Positions 8,714-17,850 are shown, numbered from the stretch's first letter. The stretch: DNA of 45,393 nucleotides from Candidatus Haladaptatiplasma halalkaliphilum (GCA_019594055.1 JAFDTY010000002.1:1-45393); one strand, 5' to 3'. The notes: generated from the sequence alone by a model not told the origin. Numbers and translations are program-made.

Positions 8714-9631
8714 ATGGAAGAAGAATTGTATTCACTTTCACATGATGAGATAGCGAAAAGGATATCATCCATGGAGATACGGGGTGCGGCATTCATAGCC
8801 AGGGCCGCAGCTATCGCACTTAAAAACGCCGCTGAATCCTTCCACGGGACGGACATGGGTGAGTTCCGGTCCCATATGTCCGGGGCCGCAGATGTGATAG
8901 GCTCCACCCGTCCGTCGGCTGTTTCACTACCCAACGCGATACGTTATGTTCTGGGTTCAGGAGAACACGATACCGTTGACGAAGCCAGAGACTACATGGT
9001 TGAAAGGAGCCGTCGGTTCGTTGAGAATTCGCACATGGCTTCCAAAAGGATAGCGGAGTACGGTGGTAAAAGGCTCAAGGACGGAGATGTGCTGCTCACC
9101 CACTGCAACAGCTCACTGGCCATAGGTGCCATGAAGTATGCATGGGGCCAGGGGAAGAAGATAAGCGTATTTGCCACGGAATCCCGGCCGAAAAAACAGG
9201 GTTACATAACGGTGCGCCAGCTTGCGGAGCACGGCATACCCGTGAACCTGATAGTCGATTCGGCGGTAAGGTATTTCATGAATCAGGTGGACCACGTTTA
9301 CATAGGGGCGGACAGTATAGCCTCCAACGGTGCGGTGATCAACAAGATCGGTACTTCCCAGGTCGCCCTGTGTGCCCATGAATCTCGCGTTCCCGTGACC
9401 GTATGCGCCGAGACATACAAATTCTCCAGGGAAACAACCTTCGGCGACCTGATAAGGATAGAGGAGCGGGACCCGTCGGAGATAGTCGAGCCTGCAGATT
9501 TTCCCGGTGTAAACATAAGAAATCCTGTCTTCGATGCCACCTCCGAAAGGTATATCGACGCCATAGTTACGGAGAAAGGTATTATATCCCCCTCTAGCGC
9601 TTACCATATAATAACGGAGATGGAAGAATGA
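8714..9631 (+). CDS. Ribose-1,5-bisphosphate isomerase (eIF-2B alpha/beta/delta-like, e2b2 family)
   Basis: The product shows block-by-block resemblance to the archaeal R15P isomerase family: MEIRGA, TRPSAVSLPNAIRYV, THCNS, ESRPKKQG, VDSAVRY, GADSIASNGAVINKIGT, AETYKF. Its stop overlaps the rbcL start (ATGA at 9628..9631). Confidence 0.85.
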   Translation: MEEELYSLSHDEIAKRISSMEIRGAAFIARAAAIALKNAAESFHGTDMGEFRSHMSGAADVIGSTRPSAVSLPNAIRYVLGSGEHDTVDEARDYMVERSRRFVENSHMASKRIAEYGGKRLKDGDVLLTHCNSSLAIGAMKYAWGQGKKISVFATESRPKKQGYITVRQLAEHGIPVNLIVDSAVRYFMNQVDHVYIGADSIASNGAVINKIGTSQVALCAHESRVPVTVCAETYKFSRETTFGDLIRIEERDPSEIVEPADFPGVNIRNPVFDATSERYIDAIVTEKGIISPSSAYHIITEMEE

Positions 9632-10863
9632 AAAACGAATATCTAGCCCTGGGCGAGGAATTGGATCCCGAAGGATACTTAATCTGCGATTACAGGGTAA
9701 AGAGCGATTTACCCATAGAAACCGCCGGCTCACGTATAGCCGAGGAGGAATCCACGGGTACGTGGACCAGACCCACGACACTTACGGAAGACATATACGA
9801 GAGATACGGTGCCAAGGTGGTCATGGCCCAAGGTAACATGGTGCGTGTGGGATATCCAGTGATCGATTTTTCAGGTGAGTTCGGAGGCGTTCCCCAGATA
9901 CTCAGCATAATAGCCGGTAACCTCTTCGGACTGGAGTCCCTACGGGGTGTAAGGCTCCAGGACATATGGATACCGAAGGTCATCACCGAAAGATACCCGG
10001 GCCCGAGGTACGGTATCTCGGGCCTTAGAAAAATACTGGATAGGCCGGAAAAGCCCCTGATAGGAACCATAGTAAAACCAAAGATAGGGTTACCGCCCAA
10101 GGAGTTTGCGGATTATGTGTACGAGGCCGGAAAGGGCGGGCTCACCAACTCAAAGGACGACGAGACCCTGGTGGACCAGGATTTCTGCCCCCTGGAGGCC
10201 CGGGTCAGTGCGGTGAGCGAGAAGCTGGACCTTCTGGAAGAAGAGGGACATCCGATGATACATGCCCACAACATTAGCACCTCGGCACATGAGATACTGG
10301 ATGCCGCGGATATCGCCCTTGAGAACGGTGCAAGGCAGTTGATGGTGGACGTCTTCACCGAGGGCTTCTCCGGGGTTCAGGTGCTTGCGGAAGATCCATC
10401 TGTGGGCGTACCACTACACGTGCACCGTGCCATGCACGGCGCATTCACCAGAGATCCCGAACACGGCATCTCCATGCCGGTGGCCTGCAAACTGGTAAGG
10501 ATGGTGGGTGGAGATTCCTTCCATATCGGAACCTACGGCACGGGAAAGATGCACGCAAACATATCGGAAGAACTGCACTCGGAGAAGGCTCTAACGGAGG
10601 AGATGCACGGTATACATCCAACGATACCCGTATCAAGCGGGGGTTTGCACCCTGGCCACATGCCCGAATTGATGGCTAAGAGCGGTAACGATGTACAGAT
10701 ACAGGCAGGGGGAGGTGTTTCGGGGCACCCTGACGGCGTCAGGGCGGGCGCTACCGCATTGATGCAGGCTGTGGATGCAGCTTTCGACGGAATACCCCTC
10801 AGGGAGTATGCAAAGAGTCATGACGAACTGAGAAAGGCACTAGAAACGTGGGGATACAGATGA
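9628..10863 (+). CDS. rbcL: Ribulose-1,5-bisphosphate carboxylase/oxygenase large subunit, form III
   Basis: The catalytic signature positions are all present: KPK(I)GL, the carbamylated-Lys block KDDE, HVHRAMHG, FHIGT..GKM, SSGGLHPG, and AGGGVSGHPDG. The gene is flanked by the two AMP-pathway genes. Confidence 0.85.
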   Translation: MKNEYLALGEELDPEGYLICDYRVKSDLPIETAGSRIAEEESTGTWTRPTTLTEDIYERYGAKVVMAQGNMVRVGYPVIDFSGEFGGVPQILSIIAGNLFGLESLRGVRLQDIWIPKVITERYPGPRYGISGLRKILDRPEKPLIGTIVKPKIGLPPKEFADYVYEAGKGGLTNSKDDETLVDQDFCPLEARVSAVSEKLDLLEEEGHPMIHAHNISTSAHEILDAADIALENGARQLMVDVFTEGFSGVQVLAEDPSVGVPLHVHRAMHGAFTRDPEHGISMPVACKLVRMVGGDSFHIGTYGTGKMHANISEELHSEKALTEEMHGIHPTIPVSSGGLHPGHMPELMAKSGNDVQIQAGGGVSGHPDGVRAGATALMQAVDAAFDGIPLREYAKSHDELRKALETWGYR

Positions 10864-12386
10864 TAGAGAGGTTGAGGGCCAGGACGATAGATATCGAGGC
10901 GGGTGACTGCAAGGTCATCCTCAACAAGAAAGATGCGGAAAAGATGGGCCTGCGGAGTCAGGGCCGTGTGAAGGTGGGCTCTTCCCATGGTCATACAGTT
11001 GCCATAGTCGAGTTGTCCGAAACCCTGGTCAAAGAGGGGGAGATAGGTGTTCTGCACAGGGTGGTCACCAATATCAAAGTCCGGGAGGGAGAGGAGCTTA
11101 CCATCGTACCATCGGGAAGGCCCAAATCCATAGATCATATACGTGAAAAACTGGAAGGCAAGGAACTATCGGAACATGCGATAAACGAGATAATCCGCGA
11201 CATAACCGATCGGAGGCTTTCGGACATAGAATTATCGGCTTATGTGTGCGGTGTATACGCACGGGGGATGAACCTCAGGGAGACCAAGGACCTTACCCTG
11301 GCCATGATCAAAACCGGGGAGACCATAGAATTCGATAAACACCCCGTATTCGACCATCACAGCATCGGGGGAGTTCCAGGTAACAAGATAACACTTCTGG
11401 TGGTACCCATAGTCGCCGCTGCCGGCCTGCTGATACCCAAGAGTAGTTCCAGGGCCATATCCAGCGCCGGAGGTACCGCGGACATATTCGAGGTACTCGC
11501 CGATGTTACCCTTTCGTTATCCCAGATCAAATCCATTACCGAAGAGATCGGAGGCGTTATCTCATGGGGCGGTGCGGTAAATCTTGCACCCAGCGACGAC
11601 CTGATAATCCGGGCGGAATATCCTCTGCGGATAGACCCCTACGCCCAGGTGCTGGCATCCGTACTGTCCAAGAAGAAGGCCTTCGGGGCGGAGTATCTGG
11701 TTATGGACATACCCGTGGGACCCAATACGAAGGTCGAGGACATGGAGCAGGGAAGAAAGTATGCCAGGGACTTCGTCACCCTGGGTGAGGAGATCGGCAT
11801 CAACGTACGCTGCGCCCTTAGCTACGGCGGCCAACCTGTGGGAGAAGGCGTAGGCCCTGCCATCGAGGCCCGGGAGGCTCTGGCGGCCCTGGAAGGAAAG
11901 GAGGTGCCCAACAGTTTGATAGAAAAATCCGTGGAGCTGGCGGGCATGATACTCGAACAGGGCGGGTTACCTGAGGGAAGAGGAAAGGAAAAGGCAAGAA
12001 AGATACTTTCCGGCGGGGCCGCACTGAACAAGATGAAAGAGATAATTCAGTACCAGGGAGGCGACCCCGAGGTTACGTCGGACGACGTACCCATAGGCAA
12101 ATATTCCCAGGATATATTGTGCAACAGGGACGGGTATGTGGGCGCCATAAACAACCGCTGTGTCATCGAGATCGTACGGGCCGCCGGAGGGCCCCACGAC
12201 AAGGGCGCCGGGTTCATACTGAAGAAGAAGAGGGGTGACAAGGTGGATAAGGACGAATTGCTCTACACCATCTACTCTGAAAACAAGAGCAATCTGAAGG
12301 AAGCGGTCAAACTAGCCAACCATCTGAAACCCTTCTTCATAGAAGGTATGATACTGGAAAAGCACCCATCCTATCGCATGGTCTGA
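10860..12386 (+). CDS. deoA: AMP phosphorylase (thymidine phosphorylase family)
   Basis: The N-terminal AMPpase-specific domain (IDIEAGDCKVILNKKDAEKMGL) is present. So are the blocks HSIGGVPGNK, VVPIVAAAGL, SSRAISSAGGTAD, WGGAVNLAPSDD and YGGQPVGEGVGPAIEAREAL. I chose the ATG at 10860 because it overlaps the rbcL stop (ATGA); the track start at 10848 is non-ATG. Confidence 0.85.
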   Translation: MIERLRARTIDIEAGDCKVILNKKDAEKMGLRSQGRVKVGSSHGHTVAIVELSETLVKEGEIGVLHRVVTNIKVREGEELTIVPSGRPKSIDHIREKLEGKELSEHAINEIIRDITDRRLSDIELSAYVCGVYARGMNLRETKDLTLAMIKTGETIEFDKHPVFDHHSIGGVPGNKITLLVVPIVAAAGLLIPKSSSRAISSAGGTADIFEVLADVTLSLSQIKSITEEIGGVISWGGAVNLAPSDDLIIRAEYPLRIDPYAQVLASVLSKKKAFGAEYLVMDIPVGPNTKVEDMEQGRKYARDFVTLGEEIGINVRCALSYGGQPVGEGVGPAIEAREALAALEGKEVPNSLIEKSVELAGMILEQGGLPEGRGKEKARKILSGGAALNKMKEIIQYQGGDPEVTSDDVPIGKYSQDILCNRDGYVGAINNRCVIEIVRAAGGPHDKGAGFILKKKRGDKVDKDELLYTIYSENKSNLKEAVKLANHLKPFFIEGMILEKHPSYRMV

Positions 12387-12388
12387 GT

Positions 12389-14050
12389 TTATATGTGGTG
12401 CCTGACCTTTACGGCTATGCCCCTTTCCGCATCCACCATCTCCATGCCCGACATCACCGCCACACCAACGCCTCTCAACTGACCATCGTGGACCACGACG
12501 CACTCATCCCCGGGACTTAGCCGTGTGTCCGCATCCGTCACACCCACGGCAAAAACCGTACCTTTGGGTATAAAATCCTCTATCTCCACCATGTTTATGC
12601 CGTAGTCCATCAATATCTTACCACCGTGGAGTGTTAAGGAGATAAGACCCCTATCGGATATCATCATCCCTCTCTGTTGGTCCCGGGCCATGATCCTGTA
12701 CTCCGGATATCGACCCTTCACCGAGGCGTCATCCAGGAGATGAACACCCTTGGGACCGAATTGGAATCTCACGAAGGAAAGCAAATTTTCCCTGAGGTAT
12801 CTCCCCATATCCCCCCTTCCTGTACCCGCATGGGCCCTGATCTCATGGGCCAGTCTCCCCAGGGCCCCGTCGTGGGTGGGGTGGTCGCCCCCGGCGGTGT
12901 TCACGTGATCAAGGTGCTCGACTGCAAAATCCATGTCTTCGGGCAGGTGTGAAATTATGGCTCCATAACTCCCTTTATCCAGCAGGTTATCCACCATCTC
13001 CACTATGGTATCCCTCTCTTCCTCGTACCATGTGTGGGTCACGGGAATATCATAATTTTGTGCCGGGTAGAAGAGTTCCAGCTCCCTGGGTACCATCCCC
13101 AGGGGTGATGTGAGTACCACCTCATGAACCCTGGTCCAGTCACCATTGTTCACGGCGAACCTGAACTTTTTATGGCTGGAGGAGCGAGTGTAAGGCTTTC
13201 TGGCCGAGCATGGTAGTAATAGCAGTATCTCCCGCTCCGGAGGTTCGTATATGGTGAGCAGCCTCTTTCTGAACCTTTCTATGTCCGGACGGTTATACGC
13301 CTCCCGGGTGGTGACGATCACCCTGTCGCCGGTTACGGGGGTATACGGGATGATGAGGTCGTTCCTTGAATCCACATGCCTCAATGCCTCCACGAGCCAC
13401 GGCTCACTCCTTACACGTGTTTCAACCAATTCCCGTATACGACCCCTGATAATGCCTTCCTTCACCAGCCTAAGCTCCTCATCCATCTTCGCCCGGTTCA
13501 GTCCGTCATCTCCGGGAAACCCCATCCAGTCGGAGATCTCGACGCCCCGGGAGCCCAGCAGGTCGCTGTACGTGGTATCGAGCACATCGACTCCCAAGTA
13601 GGACAGCAGGGCCATGTTAACCGGTGTTGCTATACCAGGTACGTAGACGAGCTTGTGGAAGGGTATCTTGCTTCTCAAAGTAAGTATCCTCCGGGCAAGG
13701 TCATGCCCCCTTCCCAGTAACTCAGGTGAATTCCCCAGTACGTATAGTTCGGCCATGGGGTCGGGCTCCTGATGGTATATCACCTGTATCTCTCTTTTAC
13801 CGCCCTTGCTCTCCACATGATTACCACCAACCGTTGCCGTATAGGCGAAGCTGGCCGGTATGCTAAGTTCCTCCTTTGAGGGTTTGAAGAAAGAAACGGG
13901 AACACCCATCTCGAACCCCTCGCCGTCTGACAGGAACATCATTTCTTCCCTCCGATCAGGGTGCAGTATGACGGGAGTTCTCAGGACCTTTCCGTCTATA
14001 TTCCAGATACCTGTTCTTGCCAGGCCCCATCTATGGGTTATCTCTATCAT
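12389..14050 (-). CDS. arcS: Archaeosine synthase alpha subunit ArcS (TGT-like N-domain, PCSxxKPY domain, C-terminal PUA)
   Basis: The 553-aa product has the LLLPCSARKPY motif and a C-terminal PUA-like segment (KGTVFAVGVTDADTRLSPGDECVVV...GIAVKVRH). Confidence 0.75.
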   Translation of the reverse strand: MIEITHRWGLARTGIWNIDGKVLRTPVILHPDRREEMMFLSDGEGFEMGVPVSFFKPSKEELSIPASFAYTATVGGNHVESKGGKREIQVIYHQEPDPMAELYVLGNSPELLGRGHDLARRILTLRSKIPFHKLVYVPGIATPVNMALLSYLGVDVLDTTYSDLLGSRGVEISDWMGFPGDDGLNRAKMDEELRLVKEGIIRGRIRELVETRVRSEPWLVEALRHVDSRNDLIIPYTPVTGDRVIVTTREAYNRPDIERFRKRLLTIYEPPEREILLLLPCSARKPYTRSSSHKKFRFAVNNGDWTRVHEVVLTSPLGMVPRELELFYPAQNYDIPVTHTWYEEERDTIVEMVDNLLDKGSYGAIISHLPEDMDFAVEHLDHVNTAGGDHPTHDGALGRLAHEIRAHAGTGRGDMGRYLRENLLSFVRFQFGPKGVHLLDDASVKGRYPEYRIMARDQQRGMMISDRGLISLTLHGGKILMDYGINMVEIEDFIPKGTVFAVGVTDADTRLSPGDECVVVHDGQLRGVGVAVMSGMEMVDAERGIAVKVRHHI

Positions 14051-14132
14051 TTCAGGGTGTAAAATGTCTGATATGGTAAAAAGGTATCGTGCATAAAAAA
14101 ATAAAAAGAAAGGGGTGGACTATGTTATAGTC

Positions 14133-14360
14133 CTATTTTCCCATTATCTTCATCCAGCCGCTGGATTCGTATATGGATAGCTTGCGTTGCTCCAGTTTCG
14201 TCTTGAATTCGTCCCAGGAAATCTCTTTCAAGCGTTCGTTCCCGCCGCCCTTCTTGGTGAATTGAAGGATACCATCGGTCTTGTCTACCATGGCTGGTAC
14301 AAGTTTCTTGTCGGTCGCAATCTTCTTGGCTTCTTCCACGCTTATCGGTTTCATGCTCAT
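14133..14360 (-). CDS. Small hypothetical protein (75 aa)
   Basis: The ORF is clean and has a GGAGGT Shine-Dalgarno-like box 7 nt upstream of the ATG (ggaggtaaaagatATG). I recognised no family. Confidence 0.5.
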   Translation of the reverse strand: MSMKPISVEEAKKIATDKKLVPAMVDKTDGILQFTKKGGGNERLKEISWDEFKTKLEQRKLSIYESSGWMKIMGK

Positions 14361-14587
14361 ATCTTTTACCTCCTATTTGGAGACAGGCCGGCATCACCGA
14401 ACCCAGTACATGAAAGGGCTAATAATATATAAAACTTTCGCTAAATTCCAGACATTTTCACCCTTTTTTGCGGTAAATCATGTTGTTTGTGTCAGACAAT
14501 TTTTTCATGTATCATCACTCACATTTGACCGTAAACTATATGCACATGTGTGCAAATATAAATCCTTACTCTTGGAGATATAAAAAC

Positions 14588-14752
14588 ATGCTAGACCGGG
14601 AAACCATCGTGGGAAAGGAAGTCGGAAGACTCGACAAAGGAACGGTTCCTTACTGTGATGATTTTTTAACATGTCTCACCCGTGCCAAAGAGGTAGCCCA
14701 CGACGAGGACTTTTTGAGGTGCCTGGATAAGGCAATCTGTTTTTCAGGGTAG
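14588..14752 (+). CDS. Possible small protein with a duplicated C-x6-C motif (54 aa)
   Basis: This is the ATG-initiated part of track ORF 14480..14752. The product is MLDRETIVGKEVGRLDKGTVPYCDDFLTCLTRAKEVAHDEDFLRCLDKAICFSG. The internal duplicate is YCDDFLTCL / RCLDKAICF. I recognised no family. Confidence 0.3.
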   Translation: MLDRETIVGKEVGRLDKGTVPYCDDFLTCLTRAKEVAHDEDFLRCLDKAICFSG

Positions 14753-14758
14753 GGATCG

Positions 14759-16951
14759 TTACCTTATACGACTGCCAGGAGATATCGCTCTGTCTAGGTG
14801 CAGGGGTTTCTCTCCGACGGTGAGTACCTTCGCTCTTCCATCCGTCACGCAGGCTACCGACGGTGTCGTCGGTAACACATCGTCCACTGCCGAATAGTCC
14901 TGGTCACCCACCAGTTTTTTACCTTCGGCCACGACCACCTGGAGGACGAATTCCTGGAACTCCTTGAAGGATATCATGGATGCGTCACCGCAGGTACCCT
15001 GTACCTGGGTTCCCGGAGCTTCACCGGAGAGCACCAGGGAAACGGTGTCTCCCTCCTCTCCCGCGAGTATCATACCCCGGGACTCTATCCCCCTGAGTTT
15101 AGCGGGTTCCAGGTTGGCCACCACCACCACGGATTTTCCCGTGAGCTCGTCATTCGAGTAATGCCCTTTGAGCCCGGCCACCAGGGTTCTCCTGTGATCC
15201 CCCAGGTCCACCTCCATCACCTGCAAACGATCCGCGTTGGGATGGTCCTCTACCTTCAGTATCCTAGCCGTTCTTAGATCCAGTTTTTCCAACTCTTTCA
15301 TGGTTCCTTTCTCCTTGAATAGATGTTCCAACTCCACGTTACTGTAGAGTGGTTCCGGTTTATGGAGTTTCCTGCCCCCCGGCACCGGTCTCAGGGCGTC
15401 TTCCCATGAACATTGATGCACGCTCCCTTCCATACCCAGGTACCCCCAAAGGGTGTCCATGGTGTGGGGTAGATACGGCATACCGGCCACCGATAGTGCC
15501 TTGACCATCCTGATGGCCACATTGAGGGTGGTGCTGCACCTCTCACGATCTTCATTGTATTCCGCCCAGGGTGCCCTTTCGTTGAAGTATCTGTTACCCT
15601 CCCGGGAGATCTCCAGTAACGCCCTCAGACCGTCCTTGAACCTGCATTCCTCTATCGCCTCACCCACCTCCCTGACTTTGCTCTCCATGGATTCCAATGC
15701 TCCCATGTCCCTCTCGTCGAGTTCGCCGGGAAATGGTATCTCACCGAACCTGGAGTATGCGAAGGATAGAACACGGTGTATGAAGTTTCCCAGGTTTCCC
15801 ACTAGTTCGGTGTTGTTCTTTTCCGCAAAATCCTCCCACGAGAAGTTGGAGTCCCTCAGCTCGGGCATTATGGCGGTCACATAGTATCTTATGGCGTCCG
15901 CATGGAAATTCTCGAGCATATGGGGCAGTGGGACGAACAGTCCCCTGCTGGTGGAGAATTGTTTACCTTCGAACCTCATGAACTGGTTGGCAGGAACGTT
16001 GTGAGGCAGGTTGAGCTCTTCATCATACCCCATGAGCATGGCGGGCCATATGATGGTGTGAAAGGGTATATTGTCCTTGGCCAGGAAATAGTAATGGGGG
16101 GTTTCATCGTTCTTCCAGAATACCTCCCAGTCCTTACCGGTGCTCTCCGACCATTGTATGGCGGTGGAGAGGTACCCGATGACCGCTTCGAACCACACGT
16201 AGATCTTCTTCTCCCGGTAGCCGTCGATGGGTACGGGTATACCCCACTCCATATCCCTAGATATGGGTCTGTCCTTTAACCCCTCGTCCAACCATCCCCT
16301 GGTGAAGTTGATCACGTGATTTTTCCAATCTATTTTTGAGTCTATGTACTCCTCCAGTGCGCTCTGGAAAGCACTCAGTCTAAGGAAGAAATGCTCGCTC
16401 TCCCGTAGTTCCGGTCTTCCCTGGCAGAATGTGCATTTGGGTTCAACGAGTTCCTGGGGATCCAGCAGCAGTCCGCACTCATCGCACTGGTCTCCCTTTA
16501 TATCCTCCGCACCGCACCTGGGACATATCCCTCTAACGTACCTGTCCGGCAGGAATTTGCCACAGTCGGGGCAGTAAAAGGTTTCCATGGTATCTTTGTA
16601 GATATGACCCTTTTCGTAGAGGTTACTGAAGAGGTCCTGGGAGATCCTTTTATGGGTTGGATGGGTAGTGTAGGTGAACAGGGTAAAATCTATACCCAGG
16701 TCCCGGATAGCCTTTGTATTTATCCGGTGGTACCTGTCGGCCAGTTCGGCAGGGGTTATACCTTCCTTTTCCGCTGCCGCTGCCACCGGAGTTCCGTGCT
16801 GGTCGGATCCGGAGACCATCAGCACCTCCCGTCCTTTCAACTGGTGATATCTCTTGAATATGTCCGGAGGCAGGTAACACCCGCCTACCTGACCTATGTG
16901 TATCGGTCCGTTTGCGTAGGGCCATGCGACCCCTATGAACACACGTTTCAT
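14759..16951 (-). CDS. metG: Methionyl-tRNA synthetase with C-terminal Trbp111/EMAPII-like tRNA-binding domain
   Basis: The N-terminus is WPYANGPIHIGQ. Zinc knuckles are present (CPDCGKF...CPRCG...CDECG). The KMSKS-equivalent is GKQFSTSRG, and the C-terminal OB domain reads LDLRTARILKVEDHPNADRLQVMEVDLG. Confidence 0.9.
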   Translation of the reverse strand: MKRVFIGVAWPYANGPIHIGQVGGCYLPPDIFKRYHQLKGREVLMVSGSDQHGTPVAAAAEKEGITPAELADRYHRINTKAIRDLGIDFTLFTYTTHPTHKRISQDLFSNLYEKGHIYKDTMETFYCPDCGKFLPDRYVRGICPRCGAEDIKGDQCDECGLLLDPQELVEPKCTFCQGRPELRESEHFFLRLSAFQSALEEYIDSKIDWKNHVINFTRGWLDEGLKDRPISRDMEWGIPVPIDGYREKKIYVWFEAVIGYLSTAIQWSESTGKDWEVFWKNDETPHYYFLAKDNIPFHTIIWPAMLMGYDEELNLPHNVPANQFMRFEGKQFSTSRGLFVPLPHMLENFHADAIRYYVTAIMPELRDSNFSWEDFAEKNNTELVGNLGNFIHRVLSFAYSRFGEIPFPGELDERDMGALESMESKVREVGEAIEECRFKDGLRALLEISREGNRYFNERAPWAEYNEDRERCSTTLNVAIRMVKALSVAGMPYLPHTMDTLWGYLGMEGSVHQCSWEDALRPVPGGRKLHKPEPLYSNVELEHLFKEKGTMKELEKLDLRTARILKVEDHPNADRLQVMEVDLGDHRRTLVAGLKGHYSNDELTGKSVVVVANLEPAKLRGIESRGMILAGEEGDTVSLVLSGEAPGTQVQGTCGDASMISFKEFQEFVLQVVVAEGKKLVGDQDYSAVDDVLPTTPSVACVTDGRAKVLTVGEKPLHLDRAISPGSRIR

Positions 16952-16973
16952 GTGGAACGCAAATGATTACTAG

Positions 16974-16982
16974 TATTATAAA
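16974..16982 (-). promoter_or_regulatory. TATA-box-like element upstream of metG
   Basis: TTTATAATA on the minus strand lies about 23 nt upstream of the metG ATG at 16951. This spacing is consistent with a leaderless or short-leader archaeal mRNA. Confidence 0.4.
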
Positions 16983-17074
16983 TTCATCTGTCTCGGGGGT
17001 GCGGCATTCGGGAAGCAGTGCTTCACTCGTCGAACAAGTTCTCATCCCTTTGTTAGATTGAATTTGATATAGTG

Positions 17075-17157
17075 CGATTTTTACGCTGTAAAAATCGGCA
17101 TCAGTCGGAATTTTCAGAGAAAATTCCAACAATGCATTTTTTCGCTAGAAAAAATGC
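17075..17157. terminator. Three consecutive perfect T/A-run hairpins between tRNA-Gly and metG
   Basis: The hairpins are cgatttttac-gct-gtaaaaatcg (17075..17097), ggaattttc-aga-gaaaattcc (17107..17127) and gcatttttt-cgctag-aaaaaatgc (17134..17157). The last one starts immediately at the tRNA 3' end. Oligo-T runs are the archaeal termination signal, and they occur here on both strands. Confidence 0.55.
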
Positions 17158-17228
17158 AGGCGCCGGGATTCGAACCCGGGCAGAAGGCTTGGAAGGCCTT
17201 AATCCTAACCAAACTGGATCACGCCTGC
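17155..17228 (-). tRNA. tRNA-Gly (anticodon UCC)
   Basis: The hand-folded cloverleaf from the minus strand has acceptor GCAGGCG/CGCCUGC, anticodon stem AAGGC/GCCUU with loop CUUCCAA, and T arm CCGGG-UUCGAAU-CCCGG. No CCA is encoded. Confidence 0.85.
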
Positions 17229-17325
17229 TTTGGGAAAATTAAACCCGGATATGGCAGTCTGCATAAATCCTTTTTGGTAGGCCCCATGAGTAATGTTAAT
17301 ACCTAGCCACATCTATCCGATAAAT

Positions 17326-17850
17326 ATGAACAACGTTTTCGTGACCGGTCCTCCACGCTCGGGCAAGAGTACCATGGTGAAGGTGCTCATGGACGAACTG
17401 AATTTGGGCGATTTCGGTATCCTAACTCCCGAGATCAGGAGGGACGGTAAAAGATGCGGGTTCAAAATCGTGGACCTGTCAACAGGTGAAGAAGGTGTGC
17501 TGGCCCACGTCGACAATAAGGGTGGACCCAGGGTGGGCCATTACGGCTTGAACCTAGGGGAACTTGACAGGATCACCGAACAGGCACTTCTTGAGATACC
17601 CGAAGGATACCCCATGGCCGTTATAGACGAGATAGGGACCATGGAACTGCACTCGAAGCTATTCGAAAGTGCGGTAATACGCCTCCTGGAATCCCACATA
17701 CCTGTGCTGACGGTATTGCACAGGAACTATGTGGAACGGTACGGAAAATACGGTACCGTACTTACGTTGGATAAGGATTATGATCAGATAAAACGAAGAC
17801 TGGCCGTCATACTGAAGGACATGTCCCGTGAACCTCCCAAAACCTTATAA
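17326..17850 (+). CDS. THEP1-type nucleoside-triphosphatase (NTPase_1 family)
   Basis: Walker A is GPPRSGKST. The GFKIVDL and VIDEIGTMEL (Walker B) pattern is typical of THEP1. The ATG at 17326 places the P-loop at the N-terminus as in homologs; an alternative ATG lies at 17293. Confidence 0.75.
   Translation: MNNVFVTGPPRSGKSTMVKVLMDELNLGDFGILTPEIRRDGKRCGFKIVDLSTGEEGVLAHVDNKGGPRVGHYGLNLGELDRITEQALLEIPEGYPMAVIDEIGTMELHSKLFESAVIRLLESHIPVLTVLHRNYVERYGKYGTVLTLDKDYDQIKRRLAVILKDMSREPPKTL

Noticed and set aside
9113-9781. Long antisense or alternative-frame ORFs throughout the track, for example 537..1091, 9113..9781, 16650..17132, 17974..18474, 23551..24144, 29376..30053 and 43161..43565.
   Set aside because: All lie opposite to or out of frame with confidently identified genes. 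They have low-complexity or Pro/Arg/Ser-rich translations and no family resemblance. They are shadow ORFs.
9628-10863. The possibility that the rbcL homolog is a form IV RuBisCO-like protein (a non-carboxylating enolase/isomerase).
   Set aside because: All catalytic signature blocks I can check by eye are present (KPK, KDDE, HxHRA, FHIGT..GK, SGG, GGG..GHP). The gene is also sandwiched between the two AMP-pathway enzymes.
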